Assembly: GCA_963716175.1 (NCBI GenBank)
Contig: OY970296.1
Span: 1,952,001-2,016,000, forward strand
DNA: 64,000 nt
Origin: an uncultured Armatimonadetes bacterium
GTDB lineage: Bacteria; Armatimonadota; Hebobacteria; Hebobacterales; Hebobacteraceae
Direction of reading: 5' to 3'
This document shows, piece by piece, positions 40,764 to 51,323 of this stretch. Numbering within the stretch: the first letter of the stretch is position 1; the number at the start of each line of letters is the position of its first letter. The position numbers were made by a program, and so were the translations under genes. The notes under the pieces are model-generated. The model worked only from the letters and a program-made list of their open reading frames with translations. It was not told the origin of the DNA and ran no database searches.

Positions 40764-42572
40764 ATGAGTTTCGCCTTAGGTCACAGGTCGCACCGATGGA
40801 TCGTCGCTTCGATCCTGGCGTTGTTCGCAGGCGCCGCCGTCGTCTGGGCGCAGCGCGCGCATGTCGATGAGGGCCCACCTGCGCCTGCCGAACTCAGCAA
40901 TCAAGCGTCAGTTAGATTATGGGATACGGTTGCGCCGCTGCAGAGCCAGATCGGCCTGACGCGTCGAGAGAGATGGCGCGCCGTCACGGCCGGTGCGCCG
41001 GGCCGCCTGCAGGGCGACCTCGTGGTAGAAACTAACACGCTGGCGGCCGCCTTCCCCTCGCGACTGGGGAAGGTAGTGGTGTGCGCGCTGGGAGAGCCGA
41101 CCCGCAGCAGAGTGGAACTGGTCCCCTCCGAGTTGCGCGGGAAGCAGACGATCCTCGAGTCCACGAAGATCACCCGGCCGTCAGCCGGCGTGGTGATGGT
41201 GCACGCGGGCTTCGCGGCGCCGGAAGCGAAGAGCCTGCCCATCGCGTTCTCCTTCACCGGCAATCGCATTCTCGCGGTCACTCCAGAGGGAGGCACGCGC
41301 GGGATCAGTGTCATCGCGCCCATTGACCTGGCACTGGTGCCGAGCTTCGTCGGGGATGACCTCATCTACGACCCCCGGGACTACCCCTCGGCCAAGGCAC
41401 TGTCGGTGCCCTCCGAGCATCTGTTACTCGGGCTCCTGAAGGGCGAACGCAGCATGTTCATAGTGACCTGGCAAGATGACAGGCCGCCGGTCAACTTGGC
41501 ACTGAGCGATCCCGGCGGTAACGCGAGCATCCAGGCGGCTGACTTCATGGGTGGCGGTGGCCTGTCGCTGGCCGTGCTGAATGCTCGCGGCATCTGGCAC
41601 TGGGAACCGCTGAAGCCTTCCTATCTCGAGCGGGATGTCGCCATTCAGTGGAAGCCGCCGTACCCTGCCATCTGGCTGACGCAGTTGTACGAGGACGAGG
41701 TGAAGACGACCTTCGAGTTCAGGGACGCGCGGGAAGAGGTGTGGCGCGGCGGGGTGGGCTCGTACATCTTCCCCACATGGTTCTCGGGCGGCAAGACGAT
41801 GCTGTCGCTGGGCAAGAGCATCCCGCCGGAGGGCGAGGCCATCATCTACTTCCTGGAAAGAAGCGACGCCACGCCGGAGCAGGCGCTCAGCCCCATCGAC
41901 GTAGTGAAGGCCACGCTGACCGGCGACGTCCTGGACCGCATCCTCGATGTGGAAGCGCGGCCGTCCTGGTATCCGCAGCGCGCTGATCCGGTGCTCGGGG
42001 GTGCCACCTGCGGCGTCACCGACCAGCTCAAGAAGATCTTCGACGAGGGGCAGGAGGTGGAGAAGCAGGCCATCGTCAAGGGCGGAGTGGAGGACATGTA
42101 CTTCTATCTCGAGGGGATGTTCAGGCTCGATGCCCGCTACTACCCCTTCGCCAAGGACATGCTCGCCTACCTGGAGGCGCAGGAGAAGCAGCAGCCGAGC
42201 CTGGCCCCGTACAGCCGCGAGATGCGGGGCATCGCCGAAGAGATCATCACCACCTACGACAACTCGCGAGACACCATCAGGGATATGAGCTACGCCCATG
42301 AGCTTGGCGACAAGACCATCGCGCTGGCTGCCGAGCATCGGCCGGACAACGCGCAGCGCATGGTGGATCTGAAGCAGGACTGGACCGGCATGGGCGGCGC
42401 GCTCGAGGAGCTGGCGCGGAAAGAGCACACGCTGACCAGGAAGCTCTTCCAGCAAGCGGCATACCGCGCCGCCACGAGGCCCGAGGCAATGGCGGTGGCC
42501 GAGGAGATCAGAAGACGGGCCCGGCAATGCATGGAGAAGCCGGGAAGCTATGAGATCTGGGCGAACTACTAG
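40764..42572 (+). CDS. secreted hypothetical protein
   Basis: 602-aa ORF, signal peptide, strong GC3 bias. Confidence 0.8.
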   Translation: MSFALGHRSHRWIVASILALFAGAAVVWAQRAHVDEGPPAPAELSNQASVRLWDTVAPLQSQIGLTRRERWRAVTAGAPGRLQGDLVVETNTLAAAFPSRLGKVVVCALGEPTRSRVELVPSELRGKQTILESTKITRPSAGVVMVHAGFAAPEAKSLPIAFSFTGNRILAVTPEGGTRGISVIAPIDLALVPSFVGDDLIYDPRDYPSAKALSVPSEHLLLGLLKGERSMFIVTWQDDRPPVNLALSDPGGNASIQAADFMGGGGLSLAVLNARGIWHWEPLKPSYLERDVAIQWKPPYPAIWLTQLYEDEVKTTFEFRDAREEVWRGGVGSYIFPTWFSGGKTMLSLGKSIPPEGEAIIYFLERSDATPEQALSPIDVVKATLTGDVLDRILDVEARPSWYPQRADPVLGGATCGVTDQLKKIFDEGQEVEKQAIVKGGVEDMYFYLEGMFRLDARYYPFAKDMLAYLEAQEKQQPSLAPYSREMRGIAEEIITTYDNSRDTIRDMSYAHELGDKTIALAAEHRPDNAQRMVDLKQDWTGMGGALEELARKEHTLTRKLFQQAAYRAATRPEAMAVAEEIRRRARQCMEKPGSYEIWANY

Positions 42573-42596
42573 TGGTCGGAGAGTCGAAGAGGCGAG

Positions 42597-42766
42597 AAGA
42601 TGCTATGCTATTTGTCAAGCGGCCTGAGGCGCCAGCATGCGTGTCCTGCGACGCCTGGTTTCGCAGTCCGGATCGAACGGGCGGCCCGTCTCCAGGACGG
42701 CGAAGATGATCCGAAGCAGCTTGCTCATGCAAGCGATGATGGCTGCCTTAGGCCGCTTGCCCCCGG
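42597..42766 (-). pseudogene. C-terminal remnant and right end of an IS110 element
   Basis: GKRPKAAIIACMSKLLRIIFAVLETGRPFDP; TTGACAAATAGCATAGCATCT end. Confidence 0.75.
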
Positions 42767-42808
42767 CTGTCCATGTCAACCGCCCTTGAAGCCGGCCTGA
42801 GGGCACTC
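42767..42808 (+). repeat. isolated A-type flank module
   Basis: CTGTCCATGTCAACCGCCCTTGAAGCCGGCCTGAGGGCAC. Confidence 0.8.
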
Positions 42809-42989
42809 GCAGGCTTGTGTGCCCGATCCTGTTCCTGCATCATCTGAAGCCAGGATTAGGTGACTTCGGGCGCCGCTTTCGCGTTGAGGAGTGGAACCGG
42901 CATGGAGGTCTTCCCTGCATCCGTCGGGCCGGTCTTCCTGTAGCGGCCGAAAGGACAGAGTGCGGCTCATCGCGGAGGACCCATGGACT

Positions 42990-43058
42990 GACGGCCCCGA
43001 GCGGCCCCGACTCCGGCTACCGCTTCAGCTTGGAGTCACTGCTCGAGGTTCCGGCGCG
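42990..43058 (+). repeat. junction hairpin repeat copy 8
   Basis: GACGGCCCCGAGCGGCCCCGACTCCGGCTACCGCTTCAGCTTGGAGTCACTGCTCGAGG. Confidence 0.9.
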
Positions 43059-43444
43059 TGTACGGCTGATCCTCGCCCGCACGCAAGCTCAGAGGCCGCT
43101 CAGGGGTGTCCCATCGCCATTTGAAACCGGCAACGATGTCCATGTGCCCCCTGCTTCCAAGCTTTCCGTGCCCAAGCCGACTTCTCACCGCTCGCCTGCC
43201 CTCCTGCCAGTGAGCGGGCCGGCCGCGCTTCGGGAAGGTCCCTGACGCCTGGGGCACAGGTCAGCCCCAGGCCCATGACGAAGGAGAGGCCCCGGTTCTG
43301 CTCGCGGCAGACCAGTGGACCGCCTGCCGAGGTCCTTGTGCTGCCTGTAGTTGGGCACGAAGCTCCTTCCCAAAGGCGCTCGGAAGGATGATGCCGTACG
43401 CCCACGGCAAGATCGTCAGCAGTCCGAAGTACGGAGGTGACCAC

Positions 43445-46201
43445 ATGCGTTGCATCGCACTCCTGGCTCTGGCATCCGCCGCCTTCCTGTTGCCGATCGC
43501 GGCGGAGGCGGGGGAGCGGCTCGGCAGCGATGCCTTCGCCGCCGCGGATGACGCGGCCGCGGCCGCCTGGACCCCCTTCGACGGATCGGGCCCAGTCGCC
43601 GCGGCGCCGGAGCGGACACCGGATGGCGAGCCAGCCGTCGCCTTTCGGTTCGACATGTCCCGCCTGAAGGAGCGCGCCTACTGGGACCGCGCGGTGGCGC
43701 TGGATCTGTCGCGCTTCGGTCGGATCGCGTTCTGGGTGAAGGCCGAAGGAGACCGGTCGGCCATCGGTCACTGCAGTCTGTACCTCCACGCCGGTGCCGG
43801 CTGGTATGCGGCCAGCTTCGGGCTGCCCGACGAGGGGTGGGAGCGGGTGGTGATCGATCGCGGGAGCTTCAGCACCGAGGACACGCCTCAGGGCTGGAAC
43901 GCCATCGACACCATCCGCGTGTCCTTCTGGAAGGGCCAGCCCCGGCAGGCGACCATCTGCCTGGGTGGACTCGAGGCGACCGCGAGCGATGTGGTCGTGG
44001 TCCGGAACACGCGCGCAGGCGGGGAGGCGGAGGGCTACACCAGCGAGATGGTGAGCACTCTGGCGCGTGCGGGCGTCGAGGCCGGCACGGTGGACGATCT
44101 GGACGTGGAAGCCGGCGTGCTGACGGGCAAGCACATCGCCATCTACCCACTGAACCCGCTCCCCTCGGACAAGGAGATGGAGGCCCTGGAGGCGTTCGTC
44201 AGAGCGGGCGGCCGGGTGGTGGTGTGCTATTCGCTGTCGCCCCGGCTGGCCGCGCTGGTCGGCGTGGAGCCCCTGGGTCATCAGTCCAGCGAGTATCCGG
44301 GACAGTTCGCGCGCATGCGGTTCCTACCGGGAGGGCCTCCGGGCCTGCCGTACGAGGCGAAGCAGGATTCCTGGAACATCGAGAAGGTGCGACCCGCGGC
44401 GCCGGGAGCGCGTGTGATTGCGGAGTGGCTGGACACGTCCGGCAAGGACACCGGCTGCCCCGCCGTCGTCCTGAGCGACACCGGTGCCTACATCTCTCAC
44501 GTGCTACTCGATGACGACCCAGCAAACAAGGACCGCCTGGTGAGGGCGCTGCTGGGTCACCTCTATCCGGGCCTGTGGGAGGACATGGCGCAGCATGCGC
44601 TGGCTCAGGTGGGGCCGGTGGCGCGCTGGGCGACCTTCGCCGACGCCGAGGCCGGGATCCGCCGGACTGCGCAGTCGGCCGGCCGGCTGAGGGTGATCGA
44701 GAAGGACCTGGCACGGGCTCGACAGTCACAGGCCGAGGCTGAGGGGTGTCTGCAAGGAAGGCGCTATCCCGAGGCGCTGGAGCTCGCCTCGCAGGTGCGG
44801 CAGCAGTTGCTCGAAGCCTATGCGCGCTGTCAGCCGGCGCGGGAAGGCGAGTTTCGCGCCGGCTGGTGTCACTCTGGCTATGGCGTGACGGGCCTGACCT
44901 GGGACGAGACGATCCGGCGCCTGAAGGAGAACGGCTTCAACGCCATCGTGGTGAACGCGATGCGGGCCGGCATCGCCGACTACCAAAACGAGCTGCTCCC
45001 GGTGCGCGACCGCGTCGCGAAGGAAGGGGACCAGATCGCACTCGCGGTGGCCGCCGGGAAGAAGTACGGGGTCGAGGTGCACGTCTGGAAAGTGAATTGG
45101 AATCTCTCGGACGCGCCGCAGGAGTTCGTGGACCGCATGCGCGCGGAGGGCCGGCTGCAGCGGACGCGCACCGGGAGCGAAACGGACTGGCTCTGCCCCT
45201 CCAACCCGGCCAACTTTCAGCTCGAACGTGACTCTATGCTGGAGGTCGTGCGCAAGTACGACGTGGACGGGATCCACTTCGACTACATCCGGTACGAGAA
45301 CCAGGACAACTGCTACTGCGATGGGTGCCGACAGCGCTTCGAGGAGAGCGCGGGCCTGAAGGTGGCCGACTGGCCCAGGGACGTGATCGAAGGCGGGCCG
45401 CAGTTCTCCGCCTATCAGGAGTTCCGCCGCGCGAATATCACGCGCCTGGTGAAGGCCGTGAGCGAGGAGGCCCACCACATCAAGCCCTGGATCAAGGTAT
45501 CGGCCGCGGTGTTCAGCGACTGGCCGCAGTGCCGGGAGGAGGTCGGCCAGGACTGGGGCGCTTGGGTGGAGCAGGGCTACCTCGACTTCGTCTGCCCGAT
45601 GGACTACTCAGCCTCGGATGCCGAGTTCCGCACGCGGGTGCAGGTCCAGCGCGATGTCGTTGGCGGGCGCATCCCCCTCTACCCCGGGGTGGGCGCCTCG
45701 GCTCCGGGCCTTCCTCTGGGTCAGGTGATCGACCAGATCCAGATTGCCCGCGCAGAGGGGGCGGACGGCTTCATCATCTTCGAGTATCAGGGTGGCGTGG
45801 CCGCGGACTACATCCCGGGCCTGGGCAAAGGCGTCACCCGGGGCACGACGTACGTGCCGCACGACGCACCGGTGGTGGAGTGGCAGGTGCGCCAAAACGG
45901 CAAGCCGCTGCAGGGCGCGGCCACTCCGGAGGCGCCGGTGGAGGTGGAGGCGGTGCTCACGCTTCGCGGACACTTCCAGCAGCCGCCGCGAGAGGCCTGG
46001 GCCACGGTCACGGTGGACAGCCTGGCCGGTGAGCCCATGCGGGAAGTCGGGCGCACGCGATCAGGCGAGCGCGGCACAAGAGGCGCGGTTCGCCTGGCGA
46101 GAGGCCTCTACCGCGTGGTCGCGCGGGGGGAGGTGACCCTCGCCGACGGCACGCGCCAGCAGTTCGTCGTGCGCGGACCGTTCGTGCGCGTTGGAGGATA
46201 G
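43445..46201 (+). CDS. GHL10 / DUF187 (YddW-like) glycoside hydrolase family protein
   Basis: EFRAGW, GVEVHVW, YDVDGIHFDYIRY, QDWGAWVEQGYLDFVCPMDY; signal peptide. Confidence 0.88.
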   Translation: MRCIALLALASAAFLLPIAAEAGERLGSDAFAAADDAAAAAWTPFDGSGPVAAAPERTPDGEPAVAFRFDMSRLKERAYWDRAVALDLSRFGRIAFWVKAEGDRSAIGHCSLYLHAGAGWYAASFGLPDEGWERVVIDRGSFSTEDTPQGWNAIDTIRVSFWKGQPRQATICLGGLEATASDVVVVRNTRAGGEAEGYTSEMVSTLARAGVEAGTVDDLDVEAGVLTGKHIAIYPLNPLPSDKEMEALEAFVRAGGRVVVCYSLSPRLAALVGVEPLGHQSSEYPGQFARMRFLPGGPPGLPYEAKQDSWNIEKVRPAAPGARVIAEWLDTSGKDTGCPAVVLSDTGAYISHVLLDDDPANKDRLVRALLGHLYPGLWEDMAQHALAQVGPVARWATFADAEAGIRRTAQSAGRLRVIEKDLARARQSQAEAEGCLQGRRYPEALELASQVRQQLLEAYARCQPAREGEFRAGWCHSGYGVTGLTWDETIRRLKENGFNAIVVNAMRAGIADYQNELLPVRDRVAKEGDQIALAVAAGKKYGVEVHVWKVNWNLSDAPQEFVDRMRAEGRLQRTRTGSETDWLCPSNPANFQLERDSMLEVVRKYDVDGIHFDYIRYENQDNCYCDGCRQRFEESAGLKVADWPRDVIEGGPQFSAYQEFRRANITRLVKAVSEEAHHIKPWIKVSAAVFSDWPQCREEVGQDWGAWVEQGYLDFVCPMDYSASDAEFRTRVQVQRDVVGGRIPLYPGVGASAPGLPLGQVIDQIQIARAEGADGFIIFEYQGGVAADYIPGLGKGVTRGTTYVPHDAPVVEWQVRQNGKPLQGAATPEAPVEVEAVLTLRGHFQQPPREAWATVTVDSLAGEPMREVGRTRSGERGTRGAVRLARGLYRVVARGEVTLADGTRQQFVVRGPFVRVGG

Positions 46202-46598
46202 CATATCGGCGCCGCTCAGCGCGGAGTTCATTTCGTAACCGCGTGCCTTCAACACTACTCGGTGAGATACTCGCCAGTGCCGAGGCGCCGCTCGCCGTGT
46301 TACTGGCGGCGATGTTCGTTGTGGCGCTGGGGAGGAAGTACGTCAGGGGGTGGACTGGATGGAGGACCATCTGCAGTCACCCGGCCATGGTCGCAGGTTC
46401 GAATCGAGGTCGCATAGAGGCGCTTACTTGGAGAGTAAGGACCCCGCTACCAACCTGCGACCTTGGGGCATTTCGGGACTCATTTTGCCTTCGCGTCGCC
46501 CATCCGCCAGGCCCTCGAAACCGTCCCCAGGAGCTTCTGAGGCATCCTGAAGGCGGTTTCGACGATCCAGCGCCGGGTGCGCGTCTTCTTTTCCACTA

Positions 46599-46619
46599 CG
46601 AATCCTGCCCCCGCTACCA
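46599..46619 (+). other. tRNA-Met-like 3'-end fragment (probable att scar)
   Basis: CGAATCCTGCCCCCGCTACCA with no 5' tRNA body. Confidence 0.65.
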
Positions 46620-46793
46620 TCAGCAGACAGCTCCTGCAGGGGGCTTATGGATCCCTTCCCGCTCTATTTCGTGGTCTGGGGCGCCCTGCCAGGTTCGACA
46701 TCCGACCGACTCGCCGACGGAATTTTGTCAATCGCGATGTGAAAACGTACCAATTATCGCGGTGTGAATATGTACCACCCGCGGCCGTCGCAG

Positions 46794-47561
46794 TCAGCTG
46801 TGTGGCATCACCTCCTGCGCCCCGAGTTTGTCCTTCAGCCGGTAGCTGTTGCCCTTGATGTTCACCACCGTGCTGTGGTGGAGCAGCCGGTCCAGGATGG
46901 CGGTGACGATCAGCGGGTCGTGGAAGAGCTCCGACCACTCCTCGAAGGCCTTGTTAGAGGTGATGACGGTGCTCATCTTCTCGTAGCGCATCGCCACGAA
47001 CTGGTAGAAGAGGTGGCATTCCTCCCGGTCGATCGGGGTATAGCCCACCTCGTCCACCACCACCAGACTCGAGGTATAGCAGCGGCGCCCCCGGCCCATT
47101 CGTCCTGTAGTTTGGTCCACCCGCAGCTTGGCGATGAGCTCCGCCATGGTGGTGAACTGGATGGTCTGGCCGGCCTGCGCCGCCTTCACCGCCAGCGCCA
47201 CCGCCAAGTGGGTTTTCCCGACCCCTGGTGGGCCAAGCAGGACGAGATTCTCCTTCCTGGCGAGGAAGGTCAGGTCAAGGGGGCTCAGGATCTGCTGCCG
47301 ATTGAGGCTGGGCTGGAAGGTGAAGTCGAACTCGTCCAGGGTCTTCAGGTAGGGCAGCCCCGCGCCTTTGAGGGCGTGCTCAATGCGGGTCTGCTCGCGG
47401 GCCGCCACCTCCTCCTCGAAGAGCGCATCCAGCAGTTGGGAGTAGCTCCAGGCCTGACCTTCCGCCGCCTTCAGCAGTTCCGGCAGACTCTCCCGCAGGC
47501 GCACCAGCCGCAGACGCGTCAGATTCTCTGTGAGGCGCTCCAGCAGCAACTGCTCAGGCAT
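46794..47561 (-). CDS. istB: IS21 helper ATPase IstB
   Basis: GPPGVGKTHLA, VVDEVGY, AILDRLLHH, GNSYR. Confidence 0.95.
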   Translation of the reverse strand: MPEQLLLERLTENLTRLRLVRLRESLPELLKAAEGQAWSYSQLLDALFEEEVAAREQTRIEHALKGAGLPYLKTLDEFDFTFQPSLNRQQILSPLDLTFLARKENLVLLGPPGVGKTHLAVALAVKAAQAGQTIQFTTMAELIAKLRVDQTTGRMGRGRRCYTSSLVVVDEVGYTPIDREECHLFYQFVAMRYEKMSTVITSNKAFEEWSELFHDPLIVTAILDRLLHHSTVVNIKGNSYRLKDKLGAQEVMPHS

Positions 47562-48430
47562 GCGCCACCTCCCCTCCGATCCGCCCGTACACTGACAGAG
47601 GCCGGCGCTGGACCTCGATCGCATACCGGCCCAGGTGCGGGCTGAGGGTGGCTTTCGCCTTGCCCTTGGGAGGCGAGGCGTACTTGCGGGCATTCATCTC
47701 CCGGTCCGCCAGCATCGCTTCCCGCAGCCCCGGCAGTGCCACCAGTCGACCTTTGGCAGCAGACTGCGCGTGCGTCGCCATCAGCCTGTCCCCATCGAAG
47801 ATGCGCAGCACTCCCTCCTGGAACCGGATCAGGATGCGCTTGCCCACCAGCGTGTGGGGTACCTGATAGCGACAGCCCTCGAAGCTCAGCGTGCAGTCCT
47901 TATAGACCTTGCGGTGGAGCCGCTGCGATACATCACAACGCACCAACGGGAGCGGCAACAGAAAGGCCCGTTCCGCCGCAAAGCGATCGCAGACCCGCTC
48001 CCCGGTGGTGCCGTGGACACGCTGGGCTTTCTCTTCCAGGAAGGCCCTCAGCTCCTGGCTGGCCGACCCAACATCCGTGAAGTGATAGCCCCGCCAGAAA
48101 CCTTCCCGCACGAAGTCCATGGGCCGCTCCACCTTGCCCTTCACCCAAGGCGAGTAGGCGGGCGCCACCCGGGGCACAAAGCCATAGTGGTCGGCGAGCG
48201 TCATCAGGCCCTGCGTGAACTCCGTCTTGCCCGCCAGTTTGCGTAGGAAGACGTTACGCATCCGGTCATAGAGCAGCTCCGCCGGCACCCCTCCGAAAAA
48301 GGCGAAGGCCCGCTGGTGTGCCTCCAGGAAGCTGACCAGGTCGCAGCGTGTCAGGTACTCCCCGTAAAGCTGCCGCGAGTAGCCCAGCACCATGCTGAAG
48401 AGGTAGTAGCTGCGTTCGCCCCCTTCCTCA

Positions 48431-49884
48431 GATTATGTCCCGCCCGTAGTGTAAGGTTGGGCGGTCCCTCTCGCGTATCTTAGGCCGCGACACGGCCCTC
48501 GTCAACTGAGATCTGCGACCGGTCGCTAAGCGACTGGCCTTCGTCCAGCACGGCCTTCAGCATCCAGAGGCCCTTGTGCCCCATGATCTTGCGGAAGCTG
48601 CGCTCGGTCTCCAGCGCGGCCGCCCCGGCCCAGCGCAAGGCCATCTCTCCCGAGCGCCAGCGGGTGACGCGGCCGGTGCGACCCTCCACCCCCGAGAGCG
48701 AGCTCTCGATGATGTTGGTGGTGGTCAGGCAGGTGCGCAGCATCGGCGACAGCCCCAGTCGGGCGATGGTGAAGGTCTCCTCCAAGCCCTCCCGCAGGCT
48801 GGCCGCGGCCTTGGGATGAGTTCGCTCCAGCCACTCGATCTGGGTGTGCAGCCGCGCCATCCCTTCCTTGGGCTCCAGCTTCCACGCCGCCCGCAGCGCC
48901 GCCGCCACCTGCCCCTGCATCTCTTTGGGCAGGTAGCCCAGCACGTTCCGGCGCTTGTGCGCCTGGCAGCGCTGCACCGGATGCTGCTTGCCGAAGACAT
49001 CATCAATCGCCTTGCGCAACGCCTTCGAGCCATCAATCACCAACAGCCGTCTGCGCTCCGGGCGCACCCCTCGCTCCACCAGCTCCTCCAGCAGTCCCTT
49101 CACTACCACCGCGTTCTCCGTGGCCCCCTCGGTGAGGCCCAGGACGTGTTTGCAGCCCGCTGCGTCCACTCCGATGGCACTCACCACCTGGTGGCCCCCG
49201 AAGTGCTTGCCGTCCAGGTAGATCACCAACAGGTCAAGGTCATCGAAGCGCCGCTCGCACAGCTCCCGCAGCGCCTCCGCACTCGCCTCTTGCAGCTGCC
49301 GGCTCACCGCCGAGCGCGATACCCCGCAGCGCTCCGCCAGCTCCGGCACCACCTCCTGGTAATGGCGCGTGCTCACCCCTCGCATCACAATCGACAGCAT
49401 CCGCTCCCGCAGCCTCTCATCGGACTGCATCGCGGCATAAGCCGGCACCGCCACCTCAGCCCCCTCCCCGCCGCCCTTCCGGCGCAACCGCGGCTTGCTC
49501 ACCCGCACCTTCTGGCCCCCCAGCGCGACTATCCCGCCTTGCTCGCCATGGCGCCGGATCACCCCGCCCGGCCGGCCCGGATGCGCCGGCCCCGCCACCT
49601 CTTCGGCTGAGATCAGCAGCACCGCCTCCAGCGCCGCCTTTCCCATCTCCCCCACTAGCTCTTCCACGGCGAGTTGCCCCGCCTCCAGCAGTTCCATCAT
49701 CGGCACCAGCGCCGCCCCCTCCCTCGCCAGAAACTGGCGCAGCGCGGCACTACCCTTGCGACCCACAACCTGATACTCTCTTCTCACGGCGGTTCTCTCC
49801 TTTTCAAGCTTTGGGTTACCCGATTCTATCAGAACCGGGCTGGAGAGAGCCGCCTCAACCTTCAACTATGAACGGGACACCATC
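48431..49884 (-). mobile_element. IS256-family element
   Basis: IRs GATTATGTCCCG.. / GATGGTGTCCCG..; 8-bp TSD CTTCCTCA (48423-48430, 49885-49892). Confidence 0.93.
48480..49787 (-). CDS. IS256 family transposase
   Basis: GVSTR, YLDG, IDG, QRCQAHK, TTNIIES. Confidence 0.93.
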   Translation of the reverse strand: MRREYQVVGRKGSAALRQFLAREGAALVPMMELLEAGQLAVEELVGEMGKAALEAVLLISAEEVAGPAHPGRPGGVIRRHGEQGGIVALGGQKVRVSKPRLRRKGGGEGAEVAVPAYAAMQSDERLRERMLSIVMRGVSTRHYQEVVPELAERCGVSRSAVSRQLQEASAEALRELCERRFDDLDLLVIYLDGKHFGGHQVVSAIGVDAAGCKHVLGLTEGATENAVVVKGLLEELVERGVRPERRRLLVIDGSKALRKAIDDVFGKQHPVQRCQAHKRRNVLGYLPKEMQGQVAAALRAAWKLEPKEGMARLHTQIEWLERTHPKAAASLREGLEETFTIARLGLSPMLRTCLTTTNIIESSLSGVEGRTGRVTRWRSGEMALRWAGAAALETERSFRKIMGHKGLWMLKAVLDEGQSLSDRSQISVDEGRVAA

Positions 49885-50433
49885 CTTCCTCATCCACCAC
49901 TTTGAACTCGCCAAAGTCCACCTGCGCCTGCCGCCCCGGCTCGGTCTCGAAGCGCAGATAGGCGATCCGGCCGCGCTCCTCTTTCCGGTCGCGCACGAAC
50001 GCCCTGACGATGGAGTACCCCCCGCGGTAGCCCGCCTTCCTCAACTGATCCAGAATCCAGCTCGCTCGGTAACGGGGGTCTTCCTGCAGCCAGCTCTCGA
50101 TCAGGGGGGCGAAGCGATCCAGCTTGCTGGGCCGCGCCACTTTCCCCCGCTCCCTCGCCCGCAGCTCCGGGTGCTCCGCATAGCGCTTCACAGTCCTTCT
50201 GTCGTGCCCCGTCTTGCGACTGATCTCGCGATAGGAAAGCCCTTGATGCCGAAGGTAGCTGATGTCCACTCTGATCTCCCGTGATACCATGACTCCTGAC
50301 TCCGTGGTGGGTCGCTTCCGACTCAACTCTACGGAGTCACCAGGCCGGAGACTCTTTCCCGGCCCATCCCAGGCTCACGGGTGGTACACTTTCAGACCGC
50401 GATTATTGGATCATTTTGCCACCGCCATTGACA

Positions 50434-50938
50434 TCTGGCCATCGCCCGCGGCGACGGCCGCTATCCCAGAGTGCTGGCCGCGCTCCTCCGCACGGAACTC
50501 ATCGTGCTCGACGACTGGGGGGCGGCCGCGCTGGTCCCCGAGCAGTGCCGAGAACTGCTGGAGATCCTGGAGGACCGCTACCAGCGCCGCTCCACCCTGG
50601 TCGCCTCTCAACTGCCGATCGCCAACTGGCACGAGTACCTGGGCGATCCCACCCTCGCCGACGCCATCCTGGACCGCCTGGTCCACAATGCCCACACCAT
50701 CACGCTGAAAGGGGAATCCATGAGAAAACGTCACAAGCCTTTACCCGCCGGCCGTCTGGAGGGCTTGCAGGCCGACGGAAAAACAGCTACAACAGACTTG
50801 CCCGCCGGCCGGGTGGCGGGGACCAAGTGAACGACCCCGCGTCGTCGCTTCGCTCCGACCAGAATGGGTGATCACTTTCAATCGGAACGCGCGGTTACTT
50901 TGCTTCGGAACGCGTGATCACTTTCGCCGGAATGCGCA
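50434..50938 (+). pseudogene. istB: 3' remnant of a second IS21 (truncated istB plus right end)
   Basis: LDDWG, ADAILDRLVHNA, GESMRK; end with repeated ...CGGAA boxes terminating in GAATGCGCA. Confidence 0.85.
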
Positions 50939-51050
50939 GCCTCCCGGAGCGATTTGGCGAAGTGCTGGCAGTTGTGGAGCCGGATTCTCGCGTCAGATGC
51001 GAGCAGAGCCAGCTACCACAGGACTGAGGCCCGCCCGCAGGTGGTGGGCC

Positions 51051-51113
51051 GCCGGTCCCGGGTAGCCCCGACCCCGGCTGCCCCTTCGGCTGGGAGTTAT
51101 CGCACAGGGACCC
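51051..51113 (+). repeat. junction hairpin repeat copy 9 (degenerate)
   Basis: CCCCGACCCCGGCTGCCCCTTCGGCTGGGAGTT. Confidence 0.75.
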
Positions 51114-51165
51114 TTCGGGCAGGGAGGCGATCCTCGACTGGCGAAGAAAGCTTCAGATCCGTACC

Positions 51166-51296
51166 ATGATCGTCTGCCGGGGAAGCTAGCGAAGGCTGAG
51201 GGCGAGTGCAAAGGTACAAGCGCAGGAACGCCGGAGGTGTAGCTGGCCCCAGCCCCCTTCTGTGCCGGAAGCGCTGACACTCTGCACGTTCTTTGG
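51166..51296 (+). mobile_element. solo right end of an IS3 related to 8352-10081
   Basis: Aligns with 9960-10081 and 26619-26741. Confidence 0.75.
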
Positions 51297-51323
51297 GGGC
51301 AAGGCCAGTCTCACCCACCACTG

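Larger units (their letters stand above)
47554..50290 (-). pseudogene. istA: IS21 transposase IstA interrupted by IS256
   Basis: RFETEPGRQAQVDFG before the break; LGYSR, YDRM, KGKVER after it. Confidence 0.92.
46726..50433 (-). mobile_element. IS21-family element carrying an IS256
   Basis: TGTCAAT terminal IRs at 46726 and 50433; istA and istB; no TSD seen. Confidence 0.9.
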
